Assembly (NCBI GenBank): GCA_017645945.1
Contig: JAGCNL010000053.1
Location: forward strand, 7,816 to 71,815
Length of the DNA stretch: 64,000 bases
Source of the DNA: Salinivirgaceae bacterium
Lineage (GTDB): Bacteria; Bacteroidota; Bacteroidia; Bacteroidales; SZUA-534
Reading direction: 5' to 3'
The notes beneath the pieces were generated by a model. It ran no database searches, had not been told where the DNA came from, and worked only from the letters and a program-made list of their open reading frames with translations. Both the position numbers and the translations under genes were made by a program. Shown here piece after piece: positions 62,421 to 64,000 of this stretch; position 1 is the stretch's first letter; each line of letters begins with the position of its first letter.

Positions 62421-64000
62421 ATGCTTCCGCGACTTTACACCATCATCAGATATTACTTGTTTTGGATAGCGTTTTTTGTGGCTGTCCGTGTGTTTTTTGA
62501 GCTTTACAACATCAGGCTGACGGCTGGTTTGTCGTTTGGCACGGTGCTTGGCACTTTTGTCCATGGATTGAAGCTCGACCTCTCGATGGGCGGCTATCTG
62601 ACTGCATTTGTGACACTTGTGATGGCCGCCACCTTCAGATGCAAAGGTCGCTTGACGGCAAAAATAGTTGGCGCCGCAACCATCATTTTCATCATAATCT
62701 TCTCGATTATAGGCATTTGCGACTGCGAACTTTACCGCAACTGGGGCTTCCGCATGGACAGCACCGTGCTCATGTATCTGAAAACGCCCAAAGAGGCCGC
62801 CGCCTCCACTCCTGTCTGGCTCACAGCCATTTTTCTGGTCTGGATTGCTATTTTCTGCTGGCTCAGCATCAAGGCTTACCGCAAGTTTGTCAGTGAGCGG
62901 ATGCAGAAGCTCGAGCCTGAATCGTGGAAGGTGCTGCCAGCAATGGTGTTTGTCTGCGCGCTTTTGGTGATACCCATCCGCGGCGGCTTTGGAATGCCTA
63001 TTCGTGCAGGTTCAGTCTATTTCAGCGACCAGCAGTTTGCCAACCATGCGGCCGTGAACGTGCAGTGGAATTTCTGCAACTCGCTGCGTTACACCAACGT
63101 TCAGCAAACCGACAATTATATGCCTCAGGCTCAAGCCGATAGCATTGTGGCTGAAATGCTGCGCCGCGACACATTGCAATATCATCTGCTCAATACAAAG
63201 CGTCCTAACATACTGATAATGTTGATGGAAAGCTTCACGGCGAAACTTGTTGGCTGTGTGGGCGGCACCAAGGGCGTCACGCCAAATCTCGACAGCCTTG
63301 CCCGTACTGGTGTGCTGTTCAGCAACTGCTACTCCAACGCCGACCGCTCCGACAAGGGCATTGTGAGCATTTTGAGCGGCTATCCGGCACAGCCAACCAC
63401 ATCAATCATGAAATTCACCGACAAGGCCGCCAAACTGCCGCATTTGAGCCATAAGCTGAACGCCGAGGGCTACTCATCGTCGTTCTACTACGGCGGCGAC
63501 ATCGGCTTTGCCAACATGAACTCGTATTTTATTGCAGGTCAATACAATCCGATAGTCTCGAAAGATGCGTTCCAGCACAGCGACATGAACTCGAAATGGG
63601 GGGCGCACGACCACGTTGTTCTCGGTCGCTGGCTCAATGACCTCGGCAACAGCAGCGCACCGTTTTTCAGCGTGCTGTTCACTTTGAGCAGCCATGAGCC
63701 ATTCGAGGTGCCGCACACAAGCCGCTTCCTCGACAAAACCGAAGGCGGAATGTTCACAAACACAGTCCATTACTCCGACAGCTGCATTGGCGATTTTGTG
63801 CGTCGTGCATCAAAAGAGCCCTGGTGGGATAACACGCTGCTGGTGCTTGTTGCCGACCACGGAAGCCGCCTGCCCGACCATTCGACAAACTATGCGCTCC
63901 GTCGCTTCCACATTCCGATGATTTGGCTTGGCGGCGCTCTTACAAAGACCGACACTGTGATTGATAACTATTTGTCGCAAAACGATATACCGCTGTTACT
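62421..64000 (+). CDS. LTA synthase / sulfatase-family membrane protein; 3' end runs off the window
   Basis: Absent from the ORF track because it has no stop in the window. Manual triplet check shows an open frame from the ATG at 62421 to the window end. N-terminal TM helices, then sulfatase-fold motifs (ILIMLMESFTA, RSDKGIVSILSGY, SSHEPF, VADHGS). Confidence 0.75.
   Translation, partial: MLPRLYTIIRYYLFWIAFFVAVRVFFELYNIRLTAGLSFGTVLGTFVHGLKLDLSMGGYLTAFVTLVMAATFRCKGRLTAKIVGAATIIFIIIFSIIGICDCELYRNWGFRMDSTVLMYLKTPKEAAASTPVWLTAIFLVWIAIFCWLSIKAYRKFVSERMQKLEPESWKVLPAMVFVCALLVIPIRGGFGMPIRAGSVYFSDQQFANHAAVNVQWNFCNSLRYTNVQQTDNYMPQAQADSIVAEMLRRDTLQYHLLNTKRPNILIMLMESFTAKLVGCVGGTKGVTPNLDSLARTGVLFSNCYSNADRSDKGIVSILSGYPAQPTTSIMKFTDKAAKLPHLSHKLNAEGYSSSFYYGGDIGFANMNSYFIAGQYNPIVSKDAFQHSDMNSKWGAHDHVVLGRWLNDLGNSSAPFFSVLFTLSSHEPFEVPHTSRFLDKTEGGMFTNTVHYSDSCIGDFVRRASKEPWWDNTLLVLVADHGSRLPDHSTNYALRRFHIPMIWLGGALTKTDTVIDNYLSQNDIPLL

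Overview
This looks like a Bacteroidales-type chromosomal segment. Evidence: Bacteroides-style TAnnTTTG -7 promoter boxes, an aconitase-icd-citrate synthase operon, an RprXY-like two-component system and a BspA-type LRR protein. Most of it is housekeeping. Recognisable genes include hisG-hisD with a six-His leader-peptide attenuator, acnA-icd-citrate synthase, cstA, lgt, nth, slyD, rsmD, rng, dapA, secA, nupG, a ROK kinase, an ABC-F ATPase, three tRNAs and several sensor kinases. I found no CRISPR array, integrase, transposase or recognisable defence operon. Three things stand out. (1) At least nine intergenic spacers are built almost entirely from imperfect tandem 7-nt words, up to 30 consecutive heptads in perfect register. 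The spacers share a vocabulary and a largely conserved word order, and I do not recognise this as a described repeat family. (2) Two paralogous ~105-nt candidate sRNA genes lie 47 kb apart in inverted orientation. Each has a TAcaTTTG promoter, two CUCCCC loops and an intrinsic terminator. Each is preceded by four helically phased TTAAC boxes. One is divergent from an OmpR-type two-component operon, the other from the TCA-cycle operon, whose 5' UTR carries a complementary CGGGGAG. (3) A visibly AT-rich island sits directly after hisD at the window start, with a lipoprotein and a signal-less papain-fold peptidase. Smaller oddities are a T4 Rnl1-like RNA ligase, a PurF paralog lacking Cys1, and a hybrid kinase lacking an H-box. 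All functional calls come from reading the sequence by eye and from motif memory. No database searches were run.
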